Assembly (NCBI GenBank): GCA_041742235.1
Contig: JBGSJA010000019.1
Location: 902-64,901 of the forward strand
Reading direction: 5' to 3'
Length of the DNA stretch: 64,000 bases
Origin: Salaquimonas sp.
GTDB lineage: Bacteria > Pseudomonadota > Alphaproteobacteria > Rhizobiales > Rhizobiaceae
The position numbers were made by a program, and so were the translations under genes. Under the pieces are notes generated by a model. That model was not told the DNA's origin, searched no databases, and saw only the letters and a list, made by a program, of their open reading frames with translations. This document shows, piece after piece, positions 63,955 through 64,000 of this stretch; the stretch's first letter is position 1, and each line of letters begins with the position of its first letter.

Positions 63955-64000
63955 AACAGAAGACGGCCATTCCGCCCTGCGCGGGGTGGCCTGCCACTTT

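Noticed and set aside
63965-64000. Imperfect hairpin GGCCATTCCGCCC-tgcg-CGGGGTGGCC after the katG stop, as a terminator.
   Set aside because: The stem has internal mismatches, and the window ends before any U tract can be evaluated.

Overview
I recognised no rRNA, tRNA, CRISPR array, transposase or integrase in this 64-kb window. All family calls rest on motif recognition in the translations; no database search was possible.

The window has two compositional parts.

(1) Position 1 to roughly 2.7-3.4 kb is mid-GC; my hand counts of single 60-nt lines gave about 45-58 percent GC. On the minus strand it carries the 5' part of NAD-dependent DNA ligase ligA, a VanZ-like membrane protein and an M42 aminopeptidase. 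The ORF track misses ligA because the gene runs off the left edge. An SDR gene lies on the plus strand.

(2) The rest is high-GC, about 60-67 percent in the lines I counted. Its protein families, Tat signals and GntR/ABC-rich operon style look like accessory DNA of a Rhizobiales-like alphaproteobacterium.

Blocks from left to right:
- A seam with a LysR remnant.
- An SDR/AraC divergent pair.
- A secreted beta-helix plus EF-hand pair.
- A heavily eroded iron locus: two imelysin remnants, a bacterioferritin tail and a frameshifted DUF1513 gene.
- A tautomerase-NTF2 fusion.
- A GntR(HutC)-headed operon with 12 structural genes: Liv-type ABC importer, LeuCD-like dehydratase, PrpB-like lyase, HyuB/HyuA, a cysteine hydrolase and a flavoprotein.
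- HdeA-like and glycine-zipper stress genes.
- A long minus-strand unit: FAH-family hydrolase, alpha/beta hydrolase, amidohydrolase, a second Liv-type ABC system whose LivF ATPase is fused to a UPF0261 (Tm-1-like) domain, a PEP-hydrolase-like TIM barrel, then flotillin, SRPBCC and an SRPBCC-quinone oxidoreductase fusion.
- A FadR-type regulator followed by an FCD-only paralogue, and a 2OG oxygenase.
- A BMP-type ABC operon interleaved with two isochorismatase-like hydrolases and AtzG/AtzE/AtzH-like genes, with a convergent allophanate hydrolase.
- A fabI / DUF3141 / MaoC-PTA / ackA / bdhA cluster.
- katG.

Many ORF-track starts are upstream extensions. I re-called starts from Shine-Dalgarno spacing and from stop/start overlaps (ATGA or GTGA).
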